Shown: positions 20,660 to 30,109 of the stretch, in pieces
Numbering within the stretch: position 1 is the first letter of the stretch
Layout: each line of letters starts with the position of its first letter
Assembly: GCA_947630425.1 (NCBI GenBank)
Contig: CANRHN010000002.1
Coordinates: 33,392 to 97,391, forward strand
Source: an uncultured Clostridia bacterium
GTDB taxonomy: Bacteria > Bacillota > Clostridia > Christensenellales > CAG-314
Direction of reading: 5' to 3'
DNA length: 64,000 bases
Program-made: the position numbers and the translations under genes
Notes under the pieces: model-generated
The model's database searches: none
What the model was told of the DNA's origin: nothing
What the model saw: only the letters and a program-made list of their open reading frames with translations

Positions 20660-21319
20660 ATGCAACGAAGCTACAACGGATGGGAAGAGCTGTTTTTGGG
20701 CGAATTTGCCAAGCCCTACTTTGTGGAGCTTAAACGCTTTTTGGTGGAGCAGTATGCAACAAAACGCGTCTACCCGCCCAAAAAGCTGATTTTGAACGCC
20801 TTTGACCACACCGCATACAACGACGTCAACGTGGTGATTTTGGGACAAGACCCTTACTACAACCCCAAACAGGCAATGGGAATGAGCTTTTCCGTGCCGT
20901 CGGGCGTTGCCGTGCCCAAGAGTTTGCAGAACATTTTTGCGGAAATTCAAAACGACACTGGCAAGCCCTCGCAAATAGTGGGCGGCGACCTTACGCCGTG
21001 GGCGCAGCAGGGTGTGTTGCTTCTCAACACGGTGCTGACGGTGGAAGAGGGCAAACCCAATTCTCACAAGGACAGAGGTTGGGAAATTTTTACCGACGCG
21101 GTGATAGCTTACCTTAACCAACGTCCGCGCGGAATGGTGTTTTTGCTGTGGGGGCGCAACGCTTTGGCAAAAAAGCCTTTGATAACCAATCCGCAACACC
21201 TTGTGCTTACTGCGGCGCACCCAAGCCCCTTGTCTGCTTATGCGGGCTTTTTCGGGTGCGGACATTTCGGCAAAGCCAACGAATTCCTTGCCAAACAGGG
21301 CAGACACATAGATTGGTGA
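20660..21319 (+). CDS. ung: Uracil-DNA glycosylase (family 1)
   Basis: Motifs VVILGQDPY, GMSFSV, LLLNTVLTV, VFLLWG and HPSPLSA are present. The RBS gaggag sits upstream. Confidence 0.93.
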   Translation: MQRSYNGWEELFLGEFAKPYFVELKRFLVEQYATKRVYPPKKLILNAFDHTAYNDVNVVILGQDPYYNPKQAMGMSFSVPSGVAVPKSLQNIFAEIQNDTGKPSQIVGGDLTPWAQQGVLLLNTVLTVEEGKPNSHKDRGWEIFTDAVIAYLNQRPRGMVFLLWGRNALAKKPLITNPQHLVLTAAHPSPLSAYAGFFGCGHFGKANEFLAKQGRHIDW

Positions 21320-21368
21320 GCGCGGCAGACCAACTTAAAGGAAAAAAGCAACAAACCACGGAGGAAAC

Positions 21369-23834
21369 ATGCTTCAACTGAAAAACATAGCCAAGGACTA
21401 CCCTGTAAACGGAGAATTGACCGTTCATGCGCTGCGTGACGTGACGTTGGATTTTCGTCGCAGCGAATTTGTGTCCGTTTTGGGACCGAGCGGCTGCGGC
21501 AAAACCACTCTGCTCAACATCATAGGCGGCTTGGACCGTTACACCGAAGGAGAGCTTTCGGTGGACGGCACAAGCACAACCCGTTTCAAAAGCGCGGATT
21601 GGGACAACTACCGCAACAGCAAGGTGGGCTTTGTGTTTCAAAATTACAACCTTATTCCGCATATAAACGTGTTGCAAAACGTGGCTTTGTCTCTTACTTT
21701 TGCGGGAGTGGGCAAGCGCGAAAGACTTGCTCGCGCAAAAAAGGCGTTGGAGCGCGTCGGCTTGGGCGAACACCTCAAAAAGCGTCCCAATCAGCTTTCC
21801 GGCGGACAAATGCAACGCGTAGCCATTGCCCGCGCAATTGTTACCGATCCGCAAATTGTGCTTGCCGACGAGCCGACGGGCGCGTTGGATACGGAAACGG
21901 GCGTGCAGGTGATGGAACTGCTCAAGGAAATTTCCCGCGACAGATTGGTCATTCTCGTCACTCACAACGTGGAGCTCGCCGAAGCCTACTCCACTCGCAT
22001 AATCCGCATCCTTGACGGTTGCGTGGTGGACGACAGCAATCCCCTGACCAAGTCGGAAATGCTGAAAGAAACTTTCCTTGACATAAACGACGACGCGCAA
22101 ACGACGTCAACGCAGGCAACGTCAACACAGGCAACGTCAACACAGGCAACGCCAACGCAAGCTGTGCCTCGCAAAAAACGCCGCTTTGTCGGATTTTGGG
22201 CGTCTGTTGCCACGGCGTTCGGCATTTCCATTCGCAACCTTTGGTCCAAAAAGGGCAGAACGTTGCTTACCGCATTTGCCGGCAGTATAGGAATTTTCGG
22301 TATAGCCCTTGTCATGGCGATATCGAGCGGAATGAGCAACTACGTTGACTACATGCAAACGGAAGCGGTGGGCGACAGCGCGGTGACTATCGGCGAAACG
22401 GCGTACAGCGTAAGCCGCATTTTGAGCATAATGGAGGACGCAGGCGGCGTAAACGAAACGCCCTACCCCGACATTGACGGAGTTGTGCCCTATCAACGTC
22501 AGAGCTTTTCCACAACGACAGCCCTTTCGGAAGAATTTATCGAGTACATTCGCAAAATGGACTCCTCTTGGGTAAAAACCGTCAACTACAGCTACAGCCT
22601 CAACATGCACGTGCTTCAACAGACGGAAAAGAACGGCGAAAAGGTAATGAAACAGCTGAAGAGTTGGGCAAACAACGCATACCAGATGGTGGACGGCAAC
22701 GACCTTGTAGAGGACAACTACAACGTGCTTTACAAAACGGAGGATTCGACGGGCTACCCGACGGACATGACGGAGATTTCGCTGGTCGTAGACAAATTCA
22801 ACAGGATCAATCCCACTGTGCTTTCGTCCATTGGCATAAAGGTGGACAGTGACGCCAACGGCAACTACAAAAAGGTGCTTTTTGAAGATATCGTGGGCAA
22901 GGAGTACACGATAGTACTCAACAACGGTTGGTACAAAGCCAACGGCGACACGTTTAAGGAAATCAGCTCGAGCGAGTTCGGAAGCATAGAGGAAGGAGAC
23001 ACTCTCAAAGTAAAAATCGTCAGCGTGCTGCGCCCCAAAGACAACAATTCCACGCTGTGGCTCAACACCGCATTGGCGTACTTGCCGGAACTGTCGGAAT
23101 TTTTGGTGCAAAACGCCACACAATCGGAAGTAGGCAAGGCGCAGCTCAACTCTCCCGACAAAAACGTTCTGACGGGCAAGGCTTTTTCCCGACCGACATA
23201 CGGCACGGAAAAGGAAAAAGACGCCAACGTGCGCTCTCAGTACGTAAGCGCGCTAAAAGCCCTTGGCGCGTACACATCGCCAACAAACATCAAAATTTAC
23301 CCCAAGGACATCGATTCCAAGCAAAAAATTGCTTCCTACATCGAGGATTGGAACACTCTTCACCCCGACAGTCAGGTTTCCTATCTTGACATAACAGGCT
23401 TGGCTCTTACCCTTATGGCAACCTTTATAGACGTGGTAAGTTGGGTGCTGATAGCTTTTTCGGCGGTTGCGCTCATTGTTTCCACCGTTATGATTTCCGT
23501 CATCACCTACACGTCGGTGGTGGAACGCACCAAGGAAATAGGCGTGCTGCGTTCTATCGGCGCGGGCAAACGAGATGTCAGCTTTATTTTCAACGCCGAA
23601 ACGACGGTTATAGGTGTGGTCGCGGGCGTAATGGGCATTGTGATGGCGTTGCTGGGCGGTTTGCTTGTCGGCAAAGTTGTTCAACACATGTTCGACGTGG
23701 CGATCGTGTCCTTCTCGTTGTGGATCGTGTTGGGCATGCTTGCGCTTTCCGTGGTGTTGACGGTTTTTGCCGGATTGATCCCCGCGGGAATTGCCGCCAA
23801 GCGCGATCCCGTAAAATGTCTCAGGACAGAATAA
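21369..23834 (+). CDS. MacB-type fused ABC transporter (N-terminal ATPase, large extracytoplasmic domain, C-terminal FtsX permease)
   Basis: Walker [10 protein letters not shown], signature [14 protein letters not shown] and Walker [11 protein letters not shown] are present. A TM helix follows, then a roughly 370-aa loop, then three C-terminal TM helices typical of FtsX/MacB. Confidence 0.88.
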   Translation: MLQLKNIAKDYPVNGELTVHALRDVTLDFRRSEFVSVLGPSGCGKTTLLNIIGGLDRYTEGELSVDGTSTTRFKSADWDNYRNSKVGFVFQNYNLIPHINVLQNVALSLTFAGVGKRERLARAKKALERVGLGEHLKKRPNQLSGGQMQRVAIARAIVTDPQIVLADEPTGALDTETGVQVMELLKEISRDRLVILVTHNVELAEAYSTRIIRILDGCVVDDSNPLTKSEMLKETFLDINDDAQTTSTQATSTQATSTQATPTQAVPRKKRRFVGFWASVATAFGISIRNLWSKKGRTLLTAFAGSIGIFGIALVMAISSGMSNYVDYMQTEAVGDSAVTIGETAYSVSRILSIMEDAGGVNETPYPDIDGVVPYQRQSFSTTTALSEEFIEYIRKMDSSWVKTVNYSYSLNMHVLQQTEKNGEKVMKQLKSWANNAYQMVDGNDLVEDNYNVLYKTEDSTGYPTDMTEISLVVDKFNRINPTVLSSIGIKVDSDANGNYKKVLFEDIVGKEYTIVLNNGWYKANGDTFKEISSSEFGSIEEGDTLKVKIVSVLRPKDNNSTLWLNTALAYLPELSEFLVQNATQSEVGKAQLNSPDKNVLTGKAFSRPTYGTEKEKDANVRSQYVSALKALGAYTSPTNIKIYPKDIDSKQKIASYIEDWNTLHPDSQVSYLDITGLALTLMATFIDVVSWVLIAFSAVALIVSTVMISVITYTSVVERTKEIGVLRSIGAGKRDVSFIFNAETTVIGVVAGVMGIVMALLGGLLVGKVVQHMFDVAIVSFSLWIVLGMLALSVVLTVFAGLIPAGIAAKRDPVKCLRTE
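22104..22163 (+). repeat. In-frame 15-bp tandem repeat x4 (acgtcaacacaggca-like) encoding the (TSTQA)n linker
   Basis: Copies lie at 22104-22118, 22119-22133, 22134-22148 and 22149-22163. Copies 2 and 3 are identical, and copies 1 and 4 are degenerate. The peptide is [21 protein letters not shown]. Confidence 0.85.
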
Positions 23835-23846
23835 TGGAAAAATCGC

Positions 23847-23875
23847 TTGATTTTTCGTTATAATTCATATATAAT
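23847..23875 (+). promoter_or_regulatory. Sigma-A type promoter of the rpsF-ssb-rpsR operon (TTGATT, 17 nt spacer, TATAAT)
   Basis: TTGATT at 23847-23852 and TATAAT at 23870-23875. Confidence 0.55.
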
Positions 23876-23881
23876 GTTATT

Positions 23882-23955
23882 TGCCTAAGTTTGGGCAACC
23901 CTTGCTGCGGGGAAGCACCGCAGCCAAACAGACCACAAGGAGGTAAAATTTCAGC
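23882..23955 (+). promoter_or_regulatory. Candidate structured rpsF 5' leader (possible S6:S18 autoregulatory element)
   Basis: The hairpin gctgcgg-ggaagca-ccgcagc lies at 23904-23924, flanked by tttg/caaa pairing. It sits between the promoter and the RBS aaggagg. Confidence 0.3.
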
Positions 23956-24240
23956 ATGAACAGTTACGAATTGTTGTACATCCTGAACAACGAATTGGCA
24001 GACGAAGCCAAGGACGCGTTGGTGGAAAAGCTCAACGCGGTTGTGACGGCTAACGGCGGTACTGTTGACAACGTAGAAAAATGGGGTACGAGACGTCTTG
24101 CTTATCCCATCAATTACAAGAGCGAAGGCTACTACGTACTTGTCACTTTCAGTGCGCCTGCAACCTTGCCCGAAGAGCTGGAACGTGTGATGCGCATCAA
24201 CAAAGACAGCGTTATACGTTTTTTGATCGTCAAGAGATAA
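23956..24240 (+). CDS. rpsF: 30S ribosomal protein S6
   Basis: MNSYELLYILNN...VEKWGTRRLAYPI..K..GYYVL is typical of S6. The gene sits in the conserved rpsF-ssb-rpsR order. Confidence 0.93.
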   Translation: MNSYELLYILNNELADEAKDALVEKLNAVVTANGGTVDNVEKWGTRRLAYPINYKSEGYYVLVTFSAPATLPEELERVMRINKDSVIRFLIVKR

Positions 24241-24258
24241 TTTGTTAAGGAGCTACAG

Positions 24259-24669
24259 ATGAACAAAGTTTTTTTAATTGGTAGACTGACACAAGACCCA
24301 CAGGCATCAACTCCCACCGACGGCGGACACACCTACTGCCGTTTCTCCATCGCCGTGAACCGCAGTTATTCCCGCGAGGGGGACAACCGTGCCGATTTTA
24401 TCAACATCATCACTTGGGACGCACTTGCAACCAATTGCGTCAAGTACCTTGTAAAAGGTAGTCAGGTGGCGGTAACGGGCAGTATTCAAACGGGTAGCTA
24501 CGAGCGCGACGGTATTCGCCGTCAAACGTTTGATATTCGTGCGGATCAGGTGGAATTTCTTTCTCGCGCAAACGGCGCGCCCCAACAGGGACAGAGCGCG
24601 CAACCTGCGGCTAAGGACCAGACCATCGACAGCCTCAAGGTTGTAGAGGACGACGACATGCCTTTCTAA
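24259..24669 (+). CDS. ssb: Single-stranded DNA-binding protein
   Basis: MNKVFLIGRLTQDP with an OB-fold pattern, and the acidic tail DDDMPF. Confidence 0.93.
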   Translation: MNKVFLIGRLTQDPQASTPTDGGHTYCRFSIAVNRSYSREGDNRADFINIITWDALATNCVKYLVKGSQVAVTGSIQTGSYERDGIRRQTFDIRADQVEFLSRANGAPQQGQSAQPAAKDQTIDSLKVVEDDDMPF

Positions 24670-24687
24670 AATTCAAGGAGAGTAAAA

Positions 24688-24933
24688 ATGGAAAACAAAG
24701 AAGTAAAAAGACCTATGAGAAGTCCTGCACGCCGTAAGGTTTGCAATTTCTGCGTAGAAAAGTCCGAGTACATTGACTACAAGGACGTTGCCAAGCTCAA
24801 AAAGTACATGGCGGAAAGCGGCAAAATTTTGCCCCGCCGCATGACGGGCGTTTGCGCTCATCACCAAAGAGAGCTTGCTGTGGCAATCAAACGCGCGCGT
24901 CAAATGGCTTTGATTCCCTACGTGGCAGACTGA
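24688..24933 (+). CDS. rpsR: 30S ribosomal protein S18
   Basis: [41 protein letters not shown]. Confidence 0.93.
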   Translation: MENKEVKRPMRSPARRKVCNFCVEKSEYIDYKDVAKLKKYMAESGKILPRRMTGVCAHHQRELAVAIKRARQMALIPYVAD

Positions 24934-24947
24934 TATTCTCGGTCACA

Positions 24948-24980
24948 TCCCGCCTTTTATGCAAGGCGGGAATTTTTTTT
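24948..24980 (+). terminator. Rho-independent terminator of the rpsF operon
   Basis: tcccgcctt-ttatgc-aaggcggga followed by a run of 8 T. Confidence 0.75.
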
Positions 24981-25016
24981 GTTTTTTCAAAGTTTGCGCG
25001 CTTGCGTCAAAGGGAG

Positions 25017-25045
25017 TTTACACAATTGGCGTTTTAATGTATAAT
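25017..25045 (+). promoter_or_regulatory. Sigma-A type promoter for rsmA (TTTACA, 17 nt spacer, TATAAT)
   Basis: TTTACA at 25017-25022 and TATAAT at 25040-25045. Confidence 0.5.
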
Positions 25046-25099
25046 AGTTTCGGTTGCCGCAAAATTGTAGGCGTTACCGCAAAAGGAACAAGTTCGCCA

Positions 25100-25936
25100 A
25101 TGACTATGGACATCAAACAACTGCTTAAAAACGAGGGCTTTCGCTTTAACAAACGCTTCGGACAAAACTTTTTGACGGACGACGCGTTGCTCGAAGCCAT
25201 CTGCAACGACGCGCACGCCCTCAATCAAACGGTGTTGGAAATCGGCGCCGGCGCGGGCACTCTTACAAGGGTGCTTTCGCGCTGTGCAAAAAAGGTGATC
25301 GCCTTCGAGATCGATCGCAATTTGCAGCCCGTATTGGCTCAAACGCTGACAGGCTGTGACAACGTGCAGCTGGTGATGGGCGACATCATGAAGTACCCGA
25401 TGCGGCAAACAGAGCAGATGTGCGGCGGTCCTTACAGGGTGGTAGCCAACATTCCCTACTATCTTACAAGTCCGCTCATCATGCGTTTTGTGGAGGAAGC
25501 TCGGCAGGCGGAAAGTCTTACGCTCACAGTGCAAAAGGAAGTTGCGGAACGTCTCGCGGCTCGTCCTGCCACCAAGGAGTACGGAGCTATCACGGTGGCG
25601 GTACAGGCGGTTGCGGATGTTCAAATCACGCGGCTGTTGTCGCGCGAACTGTTTTTCCCCGTGCCAAACGTAGACAGCGCGGTTGTCACGGTGGATTTTC
25701 GCCGCGACAAGTTTGCCATAGCCGACCCCGCGCTGTTTCGCAAAACGGTACGGGTGGCGTTTTCCATGCGGCGCAAAACGCTTGTCAATTGTATCGGCGT
25801 CGGATTCGGAGTTTCCAAGGAACAGGCGGCTGCGCTTACAGCCAAATGCGGCCTTAGCCCCAATTGCCGCGGCGAGGAGCTGTCCGTGGGACAATTTGTT
25901 GCGCTGTACAAAACCATAGAGGAGGAGCTGAAATGA
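25100..25936 (+). CDS. rsmA: 16S rRNA (adenine1518/1519-N6)-dimethyltransferase
   Basis: FRFNKRFGQNFL, the SAM motif VLEIGAGAGTLT and ANIPYYLTSP are present. I chose the ATG at 25100 because the 24959 extension overlaps the rpsR terminator and the rsmA promoter. Confidence 0.9.
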   Translation: MTMDIKQLLKNEGFRFNKRFGQNFLTDDALLEAICNDAHALNQTVLEIGAGAGTLTRVLSRCAKKVIAFEIDRNLQPVLAQTLTGCDNVQLVMGDIMKYPMRQTEQMCGGPYRVVANIPYYLTSPLIMRFVEEARQAESLTLTVQKEVAERLAARPATKEYGAITVAVQAVADVQITRLLSRELFFPVPNVDSAVVTVDFRRDKFAIADPALFRKTVRVAFSMRRKTLVNCIGVGFGVSKEQAAALTAKCGLSPNCRGEELSVGQFVALYKTIEEELK

Positions 25937-27183
25937 CATTCGCGCAAGACAACAAGCGTTATGCAGTGGCGGTGTCGGGCGGTATCGACTCTATGGTGAT
26001 GCTTCACATGTTGGCGCACAAGTTGGAACTGTCCTCAATTTTTGTCGTCACCGTAAATCATCACATACGTCCCGAAGCGGACGATGACTGCCGCTTTGTC
26101 GCCGACTACTGCGACAAGCTGGGTGTGGAGTGCAAGGTTTTCGACGTGGACGTTCCCGCCTACGCCGCCCGTCACAAGCTTTCTACGGAAACGGCAGCGC
26201 GAATTTTGCGCTATCGGGTGTTTGACAGCTTGGATTGCGATTTTGTTTGTCTGGCGCACAACGCCGACGACAACGTAGAAACGGTGCTTATGCACATCAT
26301 ACGCGGCAGCGGCGCAAAGGGCGCGTCGGGAATGAAACAGGTCAACGGCAAGTATGTTCGCCCGTTGCTCACTTGGACGCGCGCGGACATCGTACGTTAC
26401 GCGGAAGAAAACAACGTGCCTCACGTCGAGGACAGCACCAACGGCGACACGCTTTACACGCGCAATTTTGTTCGTCACAAGGTGATACCGTTGCTGGAGG
26501 AAATCAACCCCGCCGTCAAGCAAAACATTTTGCGTTTTGCCCGAAACATCGAAAGCGACGACAACAGGTTGAACGCGCAGGCGGAGGAAAAGCTGCAACA
26601 GGTACGGTTCGATTCGGACGGGGCGCACATTCCCTCGGTCTTGCTTGCGGACGGCGACTACAGATTGCTCGACAAGGTGTTCAACCGCTTGGGAGTGCAT
26701 TGCGACGTGGAGCAAAAGCACTACGCCGCGCTTTTCGCCTTGGCGCAAAATGTGGGCGGAAAAAGGGTGTGCTTGCCATTTGGTTACGTAGCCTACAACG
26801 ACTACGATCGCGTCACGCTGTGCCCCGAGCAAAGCCCGTCCGTTTACACCTTTGAAATTCCCTATTCTTTCGGCGTTACCCAAACGCCTTTGGGAGAGGT
26901 GGAGGTGTCCGAGAGCGGCGACGGCTTGCGCATAGACGCAAACAAAATTCCCGACGGCGCGGTGTTCCGCACAAGGCGCGCGGGCGACGAGTTTACCAAA
27001 TTCGGCGGCGGCACAAAACCGCTGAAAAAATACCTCATTGACAAAAAAATTCCCGAGCGCAAAAGGGGAGAATTGCTTTTGCTTGCGCACGGCAGCGAGG
27101 TGTTGGCTATAGTGGGAGTGGAAATTTCCGAAAAGCTGCGCGTGGAAAAGGGCGCGGAGTCCGCCTATATCAAATTGAAATAA
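25933..27183 (+). CDS. tilS: tRNA(Ile)-lysidine synthetase
   Basis: The PP-loop motif VAVSGGIDSMV and CLAHNADDNVETVLM are present. The start overlaps the rsmA stop in an ATGA junction. Confidence 0.88.
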   Translation: MTFAQDNKRYAVAVSGGIDSMVMLHMLAHKLELSSIFVVTVNHHIRPEADDDCRFVADYCDKLGVECKVFDVDVPAYAARHKLSTETAARILRYRVFDSLDCDFVCLAHNADDNVETVLMHIIRGSGAKGASGMKQVNGKYVRPLLTWTRADIVRYAEENNVPHVEDSTNGDTLYTRNFVRHKVIPLLEEINPAVKQNILRFARNIESDDNRLNAQAEEKLQQVRFDSDGAHIPSVLLADGDYRLLDKVFNRLGVHCDVEQKHYAALFALAQNVGGKRVCLPFGYVAYNDYDRVTLCPEQSPSVYTFEIPYSFGVTQTPLGEVEVSESGDGLRIDANKIPDGAVFRTRRAGDEFTKFGGGTKPLKKYLIDKKIPERKRGELLLLAHGSEVLAIVGVEISEKLRVEKGAESAYIKLK

Positions 27184-27358
27184 AAGTGCGTAAAAATGCA
27201 ACAAGGGGTCGGTTTTTGCGCTATTTTCACAAAACCGATGTTCAAGGGGTTGTCGCAAACGTGACAGCCCTTTTGTGTTGCGCCTTGTTGTTTTTCGTTG
27301 CGGCAACACTTTTTTGACCGTTTTCGGCATATATTAGTAAGCGGCAAAGGAGTTGCGA

Positions 27359-28252
27359 TTGTTTCGTTATCAGGACCTTCTCAAGGAAGTGGAAATGTTT
27401 TCCCGTCACGGCGTCGAAACGGGAGTGGTGGGAGAAACCGAGCTAAAGCAGTACATACCGTACATTTTTGTCGGCAACAAAAACGGAAATTATATGATAG
27501 TTCAGGGGGCAATGCACGCTCGCGAGCATCTGACCGCGCTTGTTACCGTGTGTCTTGCAAAGTACCTTGTAAAAAACAGCGATTTGCCCATTGACGGCGG
27601 CATATATTTTGTGCCCATGACCAACCCCGACGGCGTGCGGCTTTGTCAGGAGGGGGTGGGCTTTGTTGCCGACAAGGAACGCAAAAGCAATCTTCTCAAA
27701 ATCAACGGCGGCAGCGACTTTTCGTTGTGGAAAGCAAATGCGGACGGCGTGGATCTCAACGTCAATTTCGACGCGCATTGGGGCGAAGGCGTTCAAAACA
27801 GCTACTACCGCTCCGCAGGCAACTATGTGGGAAAAGCCCCCTTTTCCGCCGCCGAAACGCGCGTTCTCAAGGAGTTTACCGAGCGTATCAAGCCCGTCGT
27901 CACCGTCAGCTATCACCTGAAGGGCGAGGAAATTTATTGGGAGTTCGGGCAAAAGGCTCATCGCCGCTTTCGCGACAAGCGTTATGCCGAGGCGATCTCC
28001 CGCTATACGGGCTACCCGCTTGTAACGCTCAAGGGTAGCGTCGGCGGCTACAAGGATTGGTGCATAGAACGCTTCAAAATTCCCGCCTACACCATAGAAG
28101 TGGGCAACGACCGCTTCGAGCATCCTTTTCCCTACAGTCAGCTGTCGGTAATCGTGCAGCAAAACGAGGACCTTCCGCGCCGTCTGCTCAACAGCGTTGT
28201 GCGAGACCGCAAAAGGCTGGAAAAAACGGGTTTGGACGCGCTTTACAACTAA
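27359..28252 (+). CDS. M14-family zinc carboxypeptidase, gamma-D-glutamyl-(L)-meso-diaminopimelate peptidase-like
   Basis: The zinc motif QGAMHAREH, PMTNPDGV and GVDLNVNFDAHWG are present. The start is uncertain. The ORF opens with TTG at 27353, directly abutting the RBS aaaggag, so I prefer the TTG at 27359. An ATG at 27392 is also possible. Confidence 0.8.
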   Translation: MFRYQDLLKEVEMFSRHGVETGVVGETELKQYIPYIFVGNKNGNYMIVQGAMHAREHLTALVTVCLAKYLVKNSDLPIDGGIYFVPMTNPDGVRLCQEGVGFVADKERKSNLLKINGGSDFSLWKANADGVDLNVNFDAHWGEGVQNSYYRSAGNYVGKAPFSAAETRVLKEFTERIKPVVTVSYHLKGEEIYWEFGQKAHRRFRDKRYAEAISRYTGYPLVTLKGSVGGYKDWCIERFKIPAYTIEVGNDRFEHPFPYSQLSVIVQQNEDLPRRLLNSVVRDRKRLEKTGLDALYN

Positions 28253-28368
28253 AACGCTCCGACCACACTTTACAAAAGGACGATTGTAATTTATAATATA
28301 GTGGTAATTTTTTCGCTTAGCCGTGCGCCTTGAGCGCGCAAAAAGCAGCCGACAAAAGAGGATTTTTG

Positions 28369-29139
28369 ATGACAAAACAACTCAAGTGCGATTTGCACGT
28401 CCACACAAACTACAGCTTTGACAGCAACGTCACAATGGAGCAGTACGCCCGTCGCGCGGCGGAGCTTGGCTTGGACGCAATTTGCTTTACCGACCACATA
28501 GACATCAACTCTCACCGCAACACCTTTGCCACGTTTCGCTTTGACGAACGACTTAGGGAGTTCGAGCGCGTAAAAAAACAGTTCGAGGGACAGGTTACGT
28601 TGCTGCTGGGCTTTGAAATGGGCGAACCGCACCTGCACCCCAAGGAAACGGCGTTTTTGCGTTCGCTCAAGCCCGACCTCATCATCGGCTCGGTGCATGA
28701 CGCAACCGCTTTGGACGGAATAGCCGACAGGCGCGCCTACGAACGCGCCTACGACCGTTTGGTGCGGCAAATGACGGAGGACGGCGATTTTGACGTGTTG
28801 GGACACGCGGACGTGTTGCGAAAGTGGCATGACGACTACGTTGAAGATTTCGAGTTTTTGTGCGGCACTCTTTCTCAATGCGTAAAAAGAGGTATCGTGC
28901 CGGAGGTGAACACCTCCTCTATGCGTAAAAAGGGCGTGCCCACCATGCCGAGCGCGGAAGCCGTTGCCCACTACGTTTCCTGCGGCGGACGGTACGTTTG
29001 CGTAAACAGCGACGCGCACGTTTTGTCTCAGCTGGACGAATTTCCCCTTGTTCGCGGCTCTCTTCCCGAGGGTGCGGAGCTGTGTTGTTTTGTGGGCGGC
29101 AGGCTATGTGTTGAGCTACCGACCAAATCCGAGGCGTGA
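28369..29139 (+). CDS. PHP-family phosphoesterase (HisJ-type histidinol-phosphatase-like)
   Basis: CDLHVHTNYSFDS and ICFTDHID are present, along with later HD/H motifs. The ATG at 28369 follows the RBS agagga. The ORF-track start at 28330 is a TTG. Confidence 0.75.
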   Translation: MTKQLKCDLHVHTNYSFDSNVTMEQYARRAAELGLDAICFTDHIDINSHRNTFATFRFDERLREFERVKKQFEGQVTLLLGFEMGEPHLHPKETAFLRSLKPDLIIGSVHDATALDGIADRRAYERAYDRLVRQMTEDGDFDVLGHADVLRKWHDDYVEDFEFLCGTLSQCVKRGIVPEVNTSSMRKKGVPTMPSAEAVAHYVSCGGRYVCVNSDAHVLSQLDEFPLVRGSLPEGAELCCFVGGRLCVELPTKSEA

Positions 29140-29233
29140 CGGGCTTGACGCTCCTCAAAAATCGGCTTCCGAATTCTGTTTACTTCCACGCTCCGACATT
29201 TGTTATAGAACCAAAACGATTTTGCACAAAATT

Positions 29234-29267
29234 TCTCCGAGAGCGGTGCGGCTCGGAGATTTTTTTT
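29234..29267 (+). terminator. Rho-independent terminator
   Basis: tctccgag-agcggtgcgg-ctcggaga followed by tttttttt. Confidence 0.7.
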
Positions 29268-29380
29268 GCAGTCAAGGCAAAAAAATACGCAATTTTATAA
29301 CAAAATGACGAAAATCGGCGCAAATGCAGAAAAAAAGTCGGATTTTTCACTGTTAAAACAATTACAAGCGGTTCAAATTG

Positions 29381-29408
29381 TTGACATTTTGTTAAAATGC
29401 GTTATAAT
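29381..29408 (+). promoter_or_regulatory. Near-consensus sigma-A promoter (TTGACA, 16 nt spacer, TATAAT)
   Basis: TTGACA at 29381-29386 and TATAAT at 29403-29408, in an AT-rich intergenic region. Confidence 0.6.
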
Positions 29409-29472
29409 GAAAATACCTTAAAATGAACTGTTATCGTTCAAATTTCGGTAAAAAGTCGAAAATGGTGAAGCA

Positions 29473-29928
29473 ATGCACAAATTTTTGTACCATTCCCGAA
29501 TGATCGAGAACGAGCGTAGCAACTCGTTTCACGAGCAAATGCACAAGGCGGGCAACATTTTACACAGTGTTGTCAAGCTTTTCGGCATGGTAATTGTTGT
29601 TACGTTGCTCAATTTGTTGCTTCACAACATCACGCGGTTTACCAACGTCATAGGTATAAACACCCTGCGTGCCATAGAAGATGGCGTATGTCTGATAATC
29701 AACGGAAGCACAATGTCCGTTATCACTTACCTGTACGAGCATCTTTGGGGCAGCATGCTTGCCATAGTTTGCATTGCGGTAAGCTTTGCTCTGTGCGTAT
29801 ACCTTGGGTTTGACAACGTTTTGTGCCTTGTCAACACTCGTCGTCGTATTCAAAGCTGCAATGCTCAAAACGGAACGAGCCGTTCGGTAGCCGTTTCTTA
29901 CAGACACAAAGTCTGCTTCTTATCCTAA
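29473..29928 (+). CDS. Hypothetical small membrane protein (151 aa, at least two hydrophobic helices); coding status uncertain
   Basis: The ORF lies between a near-consensus promoter and a hairpin with a T-run on the same strand. The helices are VVKLFGMVIVVTLLNLLL and SMLAIVCIAVSFALCVYLGF. The RBS (ggtga) is weak, and the opposite strand is also open for 115 codons. Confidence 0.35.
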   Translation: MHKFLYHSRMIENERSNSFHEQMHKAGNILHSVVKLFGMVIVVTLLNLLLHNITRFTNVIGINTLRAIEDGVCLIINGSTMSVITYLYEHLWGSMLAIVCIAVSFALCVYLGFDNVLCLVNTRRRIQSCNAQNGTSRSVAVSYRHKVCFLS

Positions 29929-29942
29929 CAACAAAACAGACC

Positions 29943-29969
29943 GCAATCGGCAAATCGATTGCCCTTTTT
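29943..29969 (+). terminator. Hairpin plus T-run (terminator or attenuator)
   Basis: gcaatcg-gcaaat-cgattgc followed by ccttttt. Confidence 0.5.
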
Positions 29970-30033
29970 GCGCGCGAAAATTTTCGGGGCAAATTGGGTA
30001 CAGTCGGCACGTTATCGGTGCGGTCACGTAACT

Positions 30034-30082
30034 AAATCCGTTTTTTGCTCACACTAACGCGGTGGGGTAAACGGATTTTTTT
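30034..30082 (+). terminator. Second hairpin plus T-run in the leader of the ABC operon (possible attenuator)
   Basis: Arms aaatccgttt and aaacggattt (10 bp) enclose a 25-nt loop and are followed by tttt. The element ends 27 nt before the 30110 ATG. I found no convincing promoter between it and the gene. Confidence 0.4.
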
Positions 30083-30109
30083 GATGCACTTTTACATACA
30101 GGAGAAAAC

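Noticed and set aside
22104-22163. The tandem repeats as a possible CRISPR array or other non-coding repeat.
   Set aside because: The units are 15 bp, contiguous with no spacers, and in frame within a transporter gene. They form a coding microsatellite.
24959-25099. An N-terminal extension of rsmA starting at 24959, as in the ORF track.
   Set aside because: The extension overlaps the rpsR terminator (24948-24980) and the predicted rsmA promoter. The conserved protein begins near the ATG at 25100.
29560-29907. The 115-aa minus-strand ORF (GTG start), whose composition looks like a soluble protein, as the true gene of this region.
   Set aside because: It is not adopted as the primary call. 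The promoter, hairpin and T-run all favour plus-strand transcription, and the minus ORF has no convincing RBS or promoter. This remains unresolved and is flagged in the findings.
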